DNA from: Nanobdellota archaeon
GTDB lineage: Archaea > Nanobdellota > Nanobdellia > Pacearchaeales > GW2011-AR1
DNA length: 35,977 nt
Assembly: GCA_038045305.1 (NCBI GenBank)
Contig: JBBSYJ010000006.1
Coordinates: forward strand, 1 to 35,977
Reading direction: 5' to 3'
In this document: piece after piece, positions 10,396-19,806 of the stretch
How the letters are laid out: every line of letters begins with the position of its first letter
How positions within the stretch are numbered: the first letter of the stretch is position 1
Position numbers and translations under genes: made by a program
The notes under the pieces: generated by a model
What the model was told of the DNA's origin: nothing
Seen by the model: only the letters and a program-made list of their open reading frames with translations
Databases searched by the model: none

Positions 10396-11409
10396 TTATT
10401 TTAGCAAAGATAAATAGGCCTTTACCATCTTTTTTTCGTCAAAATTCTTTAGTGCTGCCTTTCTTGAATTATTTCTAAAAAGCTTATTATTTAGAATTTT
10501 ATTTACAACTTCTAAATTAATTTCATTTGACACAATACCACAATTATTTTCTTCTACAAAGTCCGAGAGACCCATTAAGTCCTCGCATATAATTGCACAG
10601 CCGGACGACATTGCTTCAACTGCGCTTAAAGGCATATCAGGTCTGTCTGAGTAAAGTAAAGGCATAATTTTTCCTTGTGACGCAATTTTGGAAAGTTCTT
10701 TTTCAGACAAGGGTTTTGAAATTACTTTTACATTTTTAAGTTTTAATTTTAATATTTCTTCTGAAGATTTATCGCTACGACTGACAATTATTGCGTTAAG
10801 GCCTTTATTTTTTCTAAGAAAATCCAAAATCTTATCTATTCCTCTCAAATGAAAGTCGTTAGGATTGTAGGGGATGCTAAAAATTATAAAATCTATATTT
10901 TTCTTTTCTGCTGGTTTGAAAAGGCCTAAATCAACTCCAGGATAAATTAATCTTACTTCTTTTTTTGGGAAAGAACTTAAAGTAAATTCATACATTTTCT
11001 TACTCTGGCAGATTATTACATCACAATGTTTTAATGATGAATAATTCTTATCATAACCAGATATGATTGTAAAATATATTTTAAATTTCAACAACTTTAA
11101 GTAATTTAAGATAAGATTATGATAAATATTATTTACTGTCCAAAACATTAAGATTTTATCGTAGCCCTTAAGACGAAAGTAAATAAAATAAAAAGGCAGT
11201 AAGATTGACTGGACAATAAGACGAAAAAATCTTATAGGTATTATTCTTGGGATAATAGTCATTTCAGGATTAGAAGCAAGAGATTTAACATTTTGTATTG
11301 AAAGAACTTTAGAATCAAGAAAACTCTTTGATAATTTTCTTACTGTTTTTGAGGCCAACTCTGTAGGGGAATTATGCAAATCGGTGCCGAAAAATAATAC
11401 TTTATCCAT
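10396..11409 (-). CDS. GT-B glycosyltransferase (GT4-like)
   Basis: C-terminal MPLSAVEAMSSGCAIIC motif. The ORF extends to 11469, but that leaves only 12 nt to the divergent gene. The internal start MDKVLFFGTDL (ATG at 11409) matches typical GT4 N-termini, so the shorter model is preferred. Confidence 0.65.
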   Translation of the reverse strand: MDKVLFFGTDLHNSPTELASKTVRKLSKSFLDSKVLSIQNVKSLASNPEMTIIPRIIPIRFFRLIVQSILLPFYFIYFRLKGYDKILMFWTVNNIYHNLILNYLKLLKFKIYFTIISGYDKNYSSLKHCDVIICQSKKMYEFTLSSFPKKEVRLIYPGVDLGLFKPAEKKNIDFIIFSIPYNPNDFHLRGIDKILDFLRKNKGLNAIIVSRSDKSSEEILKLKLKNVKVISKPLSEKELSKIASQGKIMPLLYSDRPDMPLSAVEAMSSGCAIICEDLMGLSDFVEENNCGIVSNEINLEVVNKILNNKLFRNNSRKAALKNFDEKKMVKAYLSLLK

Positions 11410-11481
11410 TACTTTCCTAAAAATCTTAGTTATTAAAACCTTATGGGATAAGCTTAAAAAAGTTGCCAAGTAACTTATTTT

Positions 11482-12351
11482 ATGGAAAACTCTCTTGAAA
11501 GATTATTCATTAATTTTGATAAAAACAAAGTTGATTTTTGTATTTTAAGAAAATATCAGGAATTGCCAAGTAAGACAAACGGGGATGTCGACATTCTTAT
11601 TAATAAAGAAAATTTTACAGAGGCCTTAAAAATTGTAAATGGTGAAAGTTTTGTTTTTTATCCTTATACTGAACCGCATTATTTCTTCTTTAAACATGAT
11701 ATTAACCTTGGATTAGTTACACTTGATTTAACAAAAGGTGAAATGCTCTCAAAAGAGAAATTCAAAGATTTTTATGTTCCAAAAGATGGACAAGATATAA
11801 GGATAAAGAAAGGTTTTTTATCAAAATTAAAAACAAATTTAAGACGAAAGATACATTATTTTTTTAATGGAAAATTAATTTGCTTTATAGGGCCTGATGG
11901 AAGTGGAAAAAGCACTTATGCGCGAAAAGTTTTGCATGAAATAGAAAGTTACCCCTTGAAAAAAGAACTTATTTATTTTGGAACGCGACGAAGCGGCAAG
12001 ATTATTCGTATCTTTGATTTATTTTTCAAAGTTTGCAAAGTTTATTTAAACAAATTTTTAGGACGGCTAACTTTAACTGACAGGTATATTTATTTAACAT
12101 TCAGGAAAAGACCCTTCTTAAATAATTTAATTAGAATCTTGGTACCAAGACCAAACAAAATTTATCTGCTTGAAGCAAAACCAGAAACAATAAGAAAAAG
12201 AAAAAAGGAGTTAAGTATTGAAGAGATAAAAAGGTTATATGATCATTACTCCAAGATTAAGGGGGTTACTAAAGTAAATAATGAAGACAAATTAGACAAG
12301 AATATTAATGGAATAGTTAATGAAATACTATTGCTATATAATAAAGAATAA
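11482..12351 (+). CDS. Fusion-like protein: N-terminal nucleotidyltransferase-fold module plus C-terminal P-loop (thymidylate-kinase-like) module
   Basis: N-terminal CILRKYQELP...NGDVDILI resembles the GxDxDxL signature of pol-beta-type or uncharacterised nucleotidyltransferases. The Walker A motif is FIGPDGSGKST, followed by a DRY motif. Confidence 0.55.
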   Translation: MENSLERLFINFDKNKVDFCILRKYQELPSKTNGDVDILINKENFTEALKIVNGESFVFYPYTEPHYFFFKHDINLGLVTLDLTKGEMLSKEKFKDFYVPKDGQDIRIKKGFLSKLKTNLRRKIHYFFNGKLICFIGPDGSGKSTYARKVLHEIESYPLKKELIYFGTRRSGKIIRIFDLFFKVCKVYLNKFLGRLTLTDRYIYLTFRKRPFLNNLIRILVPRPNKIYLLEAKPETIRKRKKELSIEEIKRLYDHYSKIKGVTKVNNEDKLDKNINGIVNEILLLYNKE

Positions 12352-12469
12352 AAAGTTTAATTTTGAAAGAATATCATGCTGCTGTAGTTTAATTAAAACA
12401 CTTGCTTAGTTTGCAAGAGATGTTGGTGAAAACCCTTCCGGTGGCTCCAATATAACTATTAAAGTAAAA

Positions 12470-13120
12470 ATGAAAGATATAAACGCAACAATAATCATAA
12501 ATCTTAAAGGTAAAAGTGAAGACGAACTTTACAAAGCAGTTGAATACTCTAGAAGAAAGAATATCCAAAAGGCAATAAGGAGCGGAATAACTTATGAGCA
12601 AAAACACAATACAGAAATTCTAAAAGAATGTTATAAAATAAATTCTAAAGTTCTAATTGAAGGTGGAACGCACCCAAAAAAATATGAGGATTGGATAAGA
12701 TTTATTGAGCCAGACAAAAATCCGTTTTTTGTTGTTAAATTTAAAGAGAAGATTATAGGATGTTTTGCTATAAAAGAAATCACACGAAGATTTTATGGGG
12801 AAAATTCTGATGAAAAAGGAATAAGGCCAACGATTTTTGCAAATGAAAAAGAATACAACGACTTTCGTCCGAACGATTTAATGTATTGGGCTACGATTCT
12901 TTATGGATTAAAAAATAATTACAATTTTGTTGATCTTGGGGGATGGCAGATAAACCCTCGCGGACATCTTGTTGGAGTGAACAGCTTCAAAGAAAAATGG
13001 GGTGGAGAAATCTTTTATTATTATTCCGATTATCCTGTTTTAAGGGCCTTGGGAAGAAAGTTAATAAGAAAGTCAGGTTTTTTATGGAAGTTGAACGCTA
13101 AAATTAAGAAGAAAAGTTAG
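12470..13120 (+). CDS. FemAB-like / GNAT-fold acyltransferase (single-domain, half-size)
   Basis: RRKNIQKAIRSGITYE, DLMYWATILYGLKNNYNFVDLGG and SFKEKWGG match the C-terminal half of FemAB-family enzymes. Only 216 aa, with an in-frame stop 63 nt upstream of the ATG. Confidence 0.6.
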   Translation: MKDINATIIINLKGKSEDELYKAVEYSRRKNIQKAIRSGITYEQKHNTEILKECYKINSKVLIEGGTHPKKYEDWIRFIEPDKNPFFVVKFKEKIIGCFAIKEITRRFYGENSDEKGIRPTIFANEKEYNDFRPNDLMYWATILYGLKNNYNFVDLGGWQINPRGHLVGVNSFKEKWGGEIFYYYSDYPVLRALGRKLIRKSGFLWKLNAKIKKKS

Positions 13121-14145
13121 TTAATATCTTTTATATGTGCACGGATATTAGCAATTACTTCTTGCGCGCTTATTTCTTGCATACATTTTGAGACGTCTGA
13201 CTGTGTGTAGTCATTAAAAATACAACCGGACGCGTCTCCTTCTCTTCCAGATTTATAAAAAGGAATAGAAAATCTTTTTTGCGCATCTTCAAGACACGAA
13301 TAACCTACTGCGCCGCATGGCTCTGCTAAAGGACATTTATATTTTCTTCTAGAAAGAACTCTATTGCTAGAATATGCTATGACACTAGGATGTGTGCTTC
13401 CTAAAATAAGTAAGACCTTTCCTTTTGAGGGATTAACTCCTTTAATTTCATAATCTGGAGTTCCTTGCAAGACCGCGTTCGCTAAATGAGTTGGGCCCGT
13501 ATCAACACCAACAATCTGGTCTGAAGCATATAATATTGCAGCGGTCTCTCTTAAAGGAAGATTATCAGAAAGGTAAACTGCATTTGGAATATTTTTTATG
13601 TTTGCTGTTGGAAGAAAAAGTGGAATTGCAAAGGCGGAAATTTCTGAGACAAGATCTTCAATTGTTTTCTTGAGCAAATTTCTATTTTTTGTTGTAGCAA
13701 ACAAAGGTAATGCAACTATTGGTTTATCAGTTGAAATTGATTTTAGAAGATTTCTTGCTTTAATGACTTCATTCTTTGTCAATAAAACTTTAACATCTTC
13801 TTTTGATGAATGAACAGACAATCCATAATAATAATTCAAAGCATAACCCATCCACTCACTTAAATGGGCTATTTCTGGTTTTTCTTTTCCAGAAAATTCG
13901 GACGGCATAGGATTAGAATTTGGATTGAAATCCCAATAGCGGGAAATATCTAGAAATTCATTTTCTTTTAAATTAATTAAATTATTATCTAACAACTCCA
14001 AATTCATTCCTTCAAATAATGGAAAGATAAATGGTTTTGCTAAAATAGATGGCTCAAATCCCAGATCTCTTAATGGTTTGATTAATGAAGAGATACAAAC
14101 CGTGTCACCAATTGCATTATTTGATTTTAAAATTACCCTTTTCAC
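13117..14145 (-). CDS. Glycosyltransferase family 9-like with a Cys-rich C-terminal extension
   Basis: NNAIGDTVCISSLIKPL and VGVDTGPTHLANAV are GT9 signatures. The track ORF reaches ATG 14187, but its first 14 codons read through a TATA-like AT tract (ATATAAATATTTATATAATAATAA). The GTG at 14145 is preferred. The C-terminal ~70 aa carry 5 Cys. Confidence 0.7.
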   Translation of the reverse strand: MKRVILKSNNAIGDTVCISSLIKPLRDLGFEPSILAKPFIFPLFEGMNLELLDNNLINLKENEFLDISRYWDFNPNSNPMPSEFSGKEKPEIAHLSEWMGYALNYYYGLSVHSSKEDVKVLLTKNEVIKARNLLKSISTDKPIVALPLFATTKNRNLLKKTIEDLVSEISAFAIPLFLPTANIKNIPNAVYLSDNLPLRETAAILYASDQIVGVDTGPTHLANAVLQGTPDYEIKGVNPSKGKVLLILGSTHPSVIAYSSNRVLSRRKYKCPLAEPCGAVGYSCLEDAQKRFSIPFYKSGREGDASGCIFNDYTQSDVSKCMQEISAQEVIANIRAHIKDIN

Positions 14146-14219
14146 AAAGTTCAGAAAAATTATTATTATATAAATATTTATATGCAAAAAGTTAAAAATG
14201 GGAGACGTTAATTAAGTAA

Positions 14220-15182
14220 ATGAAGCCGAAGAAGATATTAGTAATAAAGAACGATCATATAGGAGATATGATTCTTACAACTGGGGTCTTCAGAGAGTTG
14301 AAGAAAGAATATCCAAAGGCAAAGATAACTGTTGTGGCCTCTAATGCAAATAAGTCAATGTTAGAAAGTAATCCTTATATTAATGAAGTAATTGTTGTGG
14401 ATCATGGTAAAAAATTCTTGAAAAATTGGAAGAATTACTCTCAACTTAAGAAGAGAATAAGAGATGAAAAGTACGACGTTGCAATTGACTTAAGGGGGGA
14501 CTTTTTAAATATATTTTTCTTAATGTACTTGACTGGAATAAAAAAAAGATTGGGATTCTATAAAAGCAATTGGTCAAAAATGCTTCTGAATTTCGGCAAA
14601 AAAAGGGATATAGAAAAACATGAAATAAAAAATATGTTTGAAGTTGTAAATGAAGGACTTGGAATAAAAAGGAAAAATATAAAGCCGGAAATCTTCGTGA
14701 GTGAGAAAGATAAAAAAGAATTAGTAGAATATATAGCAAAGAATAAACTTGATAAATTTGTATGCGTATGCCCTGATGCAAGCCATCCACTTCGGCTTTT
14801 GCCTTTGGAAGAATTTGACAAAATTATAAAATATATCAAAGAAAATTATCCACAATACAAAATATTAGTGATTGGAGTAAGCGACAGAGTTGACAAACTT
14901 GTGCAAGACAATCCAGGGACGATCTCATTAAAATTTGCAAACCTTAAAATGCTTTATTTATTATTCCAAAAAAGTGCCGTTGTATTTAGTTTAGATACTG
15001 GGACTACGCCATTGTCATGGGCAGGAAATTCTAATTTGATAAATATATTGTTAAAATTTAGCGTTCCTTACAGAGAACATTTAAAACCATTAGGTAAAAA
15101 TGCTATCGTCGTTTGGGAAAAGGACGAGCCTTTGAAAGCAGAAGACATAATTAAAGAACTGCCAAGATTCTTGCAAAAGTAA
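14220..15182 (+). CDS. Glycosyltransferase family 9-like
   Basis: KILVIKNDHIGDMILTTGVFRELKKEYP is a typical GT9 N-terminus. The C-terminal VFSLDTGTTPLSWAG is a variant of DxGxxHLA. It is divergent from the previous GT9. Confidence 0.7.
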   Translation: MKPKKILVIKNDHIGDMILTTGVFRELKKEYPKAKITVVASNANKSMLESNPYINEVIVVDHGKKFLKNWKNYSQLKKRIRDEKYDVAIDLRGDFLNIFFLMYLTGIKKRLGFYKSNWSKMLLNFGKKRDIEKHEIKNMFEVVNEGLGIKRKNIKPEIFVSEKDKKELVEYIAKNKLDKFVCVCPDASHPLRLLPLEEFDKIIKYIKENYPQYKILVIGVSDRVDKLVQDNPGTISLKFANLKMLYLLFQKSAVVFSLDTGTTPLSWAGNSNLINILLKFSVPYREHLKPLGKNAIVVWEKDEPLKAEDIIKELPRFLQK

Positions 15183-15225
15183 ATACTACAGAAAACTTAA
15201 TAAATCCTTTTTATAAACCCATTTT

Positions 15226-15618
15226 ATGGAAATGCCTTTATCAGAATTGATTGATAAGTTAAGCATTGTAAAACTTAAAATAGAAAGAGTAGGAGAACCG
15301 CAATTGCAAAAAGAGTATGAAGCATATTTAGAAGCAATTGAAGAGTTTGAAAAGAAAGGTGTAAATGTCAGAAAGGAATGGTTGGAAGAATTGTATAACA
15401 TAAACAAACAGTGTTGGGATTTAGAGTGGGAAGCACGAAAGATAACAGCTTCGGCAAATATATGGGAAGAAGCAGAGAAATTTGGTCTTGCAGAACTTGG
15501 AAGAAGGGCATTAATAATTGGGGATTTAATGAAAAGAAGATCTGATGTTAAAAGTGATATTGCACGCGAAAGTAAAATTGGTTTCGAAGATAAAAAGATA
15601 AATCACGTTGGAAATTAG
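15226..15618 (+). CDS. Small helical protein of unknown function, paralog A
   Basis: 130 aa. Clear paralog of 19807..20175: shared [11 protein letters not shown] / MEIPLSELIDR, NxxxWDL and ES.xGFxDxKxN blocks. The charged heptad-like composition suggests a helical bundle. Confidence 0.7.
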   Translation: MEMPLSELIDKLSIVKLKIERVGEPQLQKEYEAYLEAIEEFEKKGVNVRKEWLEELYNINKQCWDLEWEARKITASANIWEEAEKFGLAELGRRALIIGDLMKRRSDVKSDIARESKIGFEDKKINHVGN

Positions 15619-17981
15619 ATCTCTTTTGTTTTTATCTCTCCGTGCTCAAAATAAACTACTTCAGGATAAGGTAATGGAAAAATAAATCTCCCTCCTTGAA
15701 TTAAAAATTCCTTTTCACGTTCAATAAATCCGGACTTAAAATGCCATGGCAAAACAAGATAATAGTGTGGATGAGCTTTTCTTGAGTCATCTTCGGAGAT
15801 TATAGGTATGTCGGTTCCAGGGGTTTTTTTACCCCATTTAAATTCATTTCGTTCTGCTGCTGCCTCGCAAATGTTTTTATCAATTCCCAAATATTGGATT
15901 AAAACATTTCCTTTAGTTGAAGCACCGTATAAATGAATTTTCTTATGATTAAGTTTTTCCGTTATCAAGAAATCTTTTAATTTTATCTTTATAACTTCTA
16001 CACGCTTTACAAATTCTGAGTATGGTTTTCTTGTATGAAGCTCGAGATTCCTTTCATATTCTCTTACTTTTTGCACGTCAGAGTTAATATTTCTATTATT
16101 TGAGTCATGACAAATATAAAGACGAAAACTTCCGCCGTTAACGTCGTTAAAAGAAATATCAAAGACCTTTAATCCAACTTTAGAAAGCATCCATTCAATT
16201 TGCTTTAAAGAATAATATTCCAAATGTTCTTGACAAATTGTATCAAAAGAATTTATCTCAAGCATTCGTGGCATGTAACTTTGCTCGCAAATCCAAATTC
16301 CATCCTGGTGCAAAACATCCTTAACTTGTTTAACAAACTCCATCGGCTCGTCAAGATCATAGAACATTGCTATTGAGGTAATAATCTTTGCTTTCTTGTT
16401 TGGGTGAATTGATTTAAATTTATCAGAACTGAAAAAATCAACAATTAATTTTATATTTTCAGGATAGTAATTCTCATATTTCTTGCTTGTAGGGTCTATT
16501 CCAATCTTTTCAAGATTTGGATTTTTATAGGCCTTAAGCAAAACACCGTCGCTGCTTCCAATATCAAGGGCTACGTCGCCTTCATTTATCTCAACAAGTT
16601 TTTCAGTAGTGTTTGCCATTTCAGTCAAATGATTCACCATTGAATTATTAAGACCAGAACGATAACCATAGGTATCTCCATACATTTCTTTTAAGTCAGC
16701 TGTATGTTTTAACTGCACTAAACCACAAGCGGAAGAATCCTCAGAATCATCACACTTTATTAATTCTAAAGGAACTTTCATCGGCTCTTCTTCAATTACA
16801 GATGGAAATCTGCCAGACAAATACTGGTTTCCTAAATTCATAAGAGAAATTAAATTTCTGTTTCCACATATGCGACATTTATCTATAGTTCTTATTTTGA
16901 ACGACTCTTCATTAAACCCTTTTTGTTTTAAATATAACTCTCTTTCAGCCAACATCAAATCATGCTCGGCCATTATTCTTACTAACTCTTTGAACCTAAC
17001 TTTTGCTTCCCAACCCAATTCATGTTTTATCTTTGAAGGATCGGCCAGTAAAATATCAACTTCTGCTGGGCGAAAATAAAGAGGATTTATGTCGATGACA
17101 ACATTTCCTTTTTCATCAAGATATTTTTCATTTATACCAGACATTCCATTTGACTTTATATTCAATCCAAGAACTCGGGCTGTCTCTTCCAAAAATTCCC
17201 TTACAGTATGTTTCTCTCCAGTTCCTACGACATAATCAGACGGACTTTCTTGCTGAAGCATTAACCACATTGCTTCAACATACTCTTTTGCATAACCCCA
17301 ATCTCTTTCAGCATCTAGATTTCCTAAAGATAATTTCTTCTGCAGACCTAATTTAATCCTTGCAAGAGAAATAGTTATTTTTCTAGTCACGAAGGACTCG
17401 CCTCGCCTTTCTGATTCATGGTTAAATAAAATTCCATTGCAAGCAAAAATTCCATATGCCTCCCGCGCGCCAATTGTTTCCCAGTAAGAAAAGACCTTTG
17501 CACGCGCGTATGGACTTCTAGGATAAAAAGGGGTTTTTTCACTTTGAGGAATCTCAACAACTTTACCAAACATTTCTGAAGAACTTGCTTGATAGAATTT
17601 TGCTTTGGGACAGAATTTTCTCATTGCTTCTAAAATTCTCAAAGTTCCTAAAGCAACAATGTTTGAAGTACTTTCGGGAATATCAAAACTAATTCTTACA
17701 TGGCTTTGTGCTCCAAGATTGTAAATTTCATCCGGCTGGACGGTGCGTATAATTTCTTCAATTGATGAAGAATCAGTCAAATCGCCGTAATGCAAATAGA
17801 AATTTTTTTTAGGAGTGTCTGAAGTGTAAGTTCCTTCTTCTTGAATATGAACTATTCTTTCTCTATTAAAAGTACTTGTCCTTCTTATAACGCCGTGAAC
17901 TTCATAGCCCTTAGACAACAAAAAGTCCGCAAGGTAAGAACCATCCTGTCCAGTAATCCCGGTAATTATTGCCCTTTTCAT
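15615..17981 (-). CDS. gmd: Fusion of GDP-mannose 4,6-dehydratase (N-terminal) to an NDP-hexose C-methyltransferase (C-terminal)
   Basis: aa 1-~350 carry [41 protein letters not shown] and [21 protein letters not shown], the GMD hallmarks. From aa ~369 come [25 protein letters not shown] (Zn-ribbon), [10 protein letters not shown] (SAM site) and the C-terminal domain of TylCIII-type C-methyltransferases. It is a single 788-aa ORF. Confidence 0.85.
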   Translation of the reverse strand: MKRAIITGITGQDGSYLADFLLSKGYEVHGVIRRTSTFNRERIVHIQEEGTYTSDTPKKNFYLHYGDLTDSSSIEEIIRTVQPDEIYNLGAQSHVRISFDIPESTSNIVALGTLRILEAMRKFCPKAKFYQASSSEMFGKVVEIPQSEKTPFYPRSPYARAKVFSYWETIGAREAYGIFACNGILFNHESERRGESFVTRKITISLARIKLGLQKKLSLGNLDAERDWGYAKEYVEAMWLMLQQESPSDYVVGTGEKHTVREFLEETARVLGLNIKSNGMSGINEKYLDEKGNVVIDINPLYFRPAEVDILLADPSKIKHELGWEAKVRFKELVRIMAEHDLMLAERELYLKQKGFNEESFKIRTIDKCRICGNRNLISLMNLGNQYLSGRFPSVIEEEPMKVPLELIKCDDSEDSSACGLVQLKHTADLKEMYGDTYGYRSGLNNSMVNHLTEMANTTEKLVEINEGDVALDIGSSDGVLLKAYKNPNLEKIGIDPTSKKYENYYPENIKLIVDFFSSDKFKSIHPNKKAKIITSIAMFYDLDEPMEFVKQVKDVLHQDGIWICEQSYMPRMLEINSFDTICQEHLEYYSLKQIEWMLSKVGLKVFDISFNDVNGGSFRLYICHDSNNRNINSDVQKVREYERNLELHTRKPYSEFVKRVEVIKIKLKDFLITEKLNHKKIHLYGASTKGNVLIQYLGIDKNICEAAAERNEFKWGKKTPGTDIPIISEDDSRKAHPHYYLVLPWHFKSGFIEREKEFLIQGGRFIFPLPYPEVVYFEHGEIKTKEI

Positions 17982-18066
17982 AAAAACCCTTCGTTAAAAA
18001 TAGTTTATAAAAATATATGTATAATTTGGTAATTAATAACTTAAAGGAATATAGAAATAGACTTAA

Positions 18067-18720
18067 TTAAATTCTCATTTCTAAGGCCTTCATTGCCAAA
18101 TCTGAACCATCAAGTAAATAAGGATCTTTAGCAGCATGTTCTGCCCTAAACGATTCCCAATATTCTTTTGGTGTAATTATGCTTGGATTTTTATGTTCAT
18201 GATTAAGAGCTATTTCAGAACCTTCATTGGCTTCCGCATAAAATACATCTGACGTAGAATAACATCCCCTATTGTTATAACCCTTTCCTCCAGAATTTCT
18301 AACATCAGTGGGACTTATTGAATATATAGCTGCACTTGCATGCATTAAATAAAGAATGTTTTCTTGATTTAAATCCAAACCACTCTCTCCTTTTGTTTTT
18401 TTTATTAAAGATTTAAGGGGATGAAGACCTGCATCCATTCCTCCTCCAATTGGCCATAAAAGGCCCTTACATGGTTCTTCTAATCTTACTACATACAATA
18501 GACCAGGCATCCCTTTTTCATCATTTAATTTTATATAAACATCATGACAGGCCCTAATACATTTTTGCTGAAGTTCTCCAAATACTTGGTCATCAAGAAA
18601 TGTAAATCCTTTTGGCCTTAATACAGATATATCTACTTCACTTCCACTAGGATCCTGAGAATATACTCTAAGAGGAGGCAACCCTAATTTTCTTTGAATT
18701 TCTTGAAATGTATTTACCAT
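18067..18720 (-). CDS. Hypothetical protein, Nudix-fold-like with a degenerate Nudix box
   Basis: LLYVVRLEEPCKGLLWPIGGGMDAGLHPLKSLIKKTKGESGL aligns by eye to the Nudix pattern (LL.v.R...kG.W..PGG...GE....a.REl.EE.Gl). Most catalytic Glu positions are replaced. It looks slightly GC-richer than its neighbours. Confidence 0.4.
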   Translation of the reverse strand: MVNTFQEIQRKLGLPPLRVYSQDPSGSEVDISVLRPKGFTFLDDQVFGELQQKCIRACHDVYIKLNDEKGMPGLLYVVRLEEPCKGLLWPIGGGMDAGLHPLKSLIKKTKGESGLDLNQENILYLMHASAAIYSISPTDVRNSGGKGYNNRGCYSTSDVFYAEANEGSEIALNHEHKNPSIITPKEYWESFRAEHAAKDPYLLDGSDLAMKALEMRI

Positions 18721-18760
18721 AAAAAGTCATAAAAAAGTTTCTTTAAAAAAATTGTTATCT

Positions 18761-19735
18761 TCACTTATTAATATCAAATTCAACCATTTCTTTAATAATT
18801 TCAGGGAAAGAATAATGCGGTCTCCAACCAATTGATTTTAATTTAGAATTATTTCCTTTTATTACTCTGTCGTCCGGGCGGAAGAATTCAGGATTTACTT
18901 CTACAAGAAGTTTTCCGTTTTTGTCATAACCTTTTTCATTTACCCCTTCTCCTTTCCAATAGATATTCATTCCCACATATTTAAAGGCCAGATCTACAAA
19001 GTCCCTTACTGTATGATCCTCACCAAGAGAAATTACATAATCAGAAGAACTTGGTTGCTGCATTATTTGATATATAGCGTTTGCGGTGTCTTTCGCATGA
19101 ATCCAGTCTCTTTGTGAGTTTAAATTACCTAAAGATAATTTCTCCAACTTTCCTTTCTTTATCTTTACAACACTATCAGTTATCTTTTTAGTTACAAATG
19201 CATCCCCTCTCTTTGACGACTCTGAATTAAAGATTATGCCATTACAAGAAAAAAGACCTTGCATTTCTCTAGAATATTTTATAAATTGAAACGCAGCCAA
19301 TTTTGCAATAGCATAAGGATTTTTTGGATCAAAGGCCGTATTTTCATCGACAACTCCAGACATGTTTCCGTAAAACTCAGCAGAGCCGGCTTGGAATATT
19401 TTTATCTTTGGATTTAACCTTCTGACAACTTCGCATATTTTTATTACTGGAAGCAAATTTACTTTCATAGTATATTCTGGTTCATTGATTGAAACCCGTG
19501 CATTTGATAAAGCAGCTAAATTATAAATTTCGTCGGGAGAAGAAATAGCAATTGCTTTTTCCAAAGAGTTTAAATCCTCTAAGTCGCCAAACAAAGGCTC
19601 AACTTTATCAACTAATCTCTCTTCTTTGCCTTTTCTTACAAACCCAAAAACATTATAGCCATTTTCAATAAGTATTTCAGATAGATAACTTCCTATTTGT
19701 CCGCTTGCTCCTGTTACTAATGCTGTTTTAGGCAT
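18761..19735 (-). CDS. GDP-mannose 4,6-dehydratase-family SDR paralog (dehydratase or 4-keto reductase)
   Basis: VTGASGQIGSYLSEILIENGYNVFGFVR, GSAEFYG, YAIAK, GIIFNSESSKRGDAFVTKKIT. It follows the GMD lineage, but NHES is changed to NSES. 324 aa. Confidence 0.75.
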   Translation of the reverse strand: MPKTALVTGASGQIGSYLSEILIENGYNVFGFVRKGKEERLVDKVEPLFGDLEDLNSLEKAIAISSPDEIYNLAALSNARVSINEPEYTMKVNLLPVIKICEVVRRLNPKIKIFQAGSAEFYGNMSGVVDENTAFDPKNPYAIAKLAAFQFIKYSREMQGLFSCNGIIFNSESSKRGDAFVTKKITDSVVKIKKGKLEKLSLGNLNSQRDWIHAKDTANAIYQIMQQPSSSDYVISLGEDHTVRDFVDLAFKYVGMNIYWKGEGVNEKGYDKNGKLLVEVNPEFFRPDDRVIKGNNSKLKSIGWRPHYSFPEIIKEMVEFDINK

Positions 19736-19806
19736 AAAGATAGGATTTTTTTATTGTTTATATAGATTTCTGCAAAAACTTTTAAAGGGTTAAACTATGG
19801 AAATTC

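Noticed and set aside
12352-12469. Possible missing N-terminal half of the FemAB-like gene, or a small RNA, in the 118-nt gap.
   Set aside because: The in-frame upstream sequence hits a stop 63 nt before the ATG and has no start codon. I saw no convincing hairpin or conserved RNA motif, so I treat it as an ordinary intergenic region.
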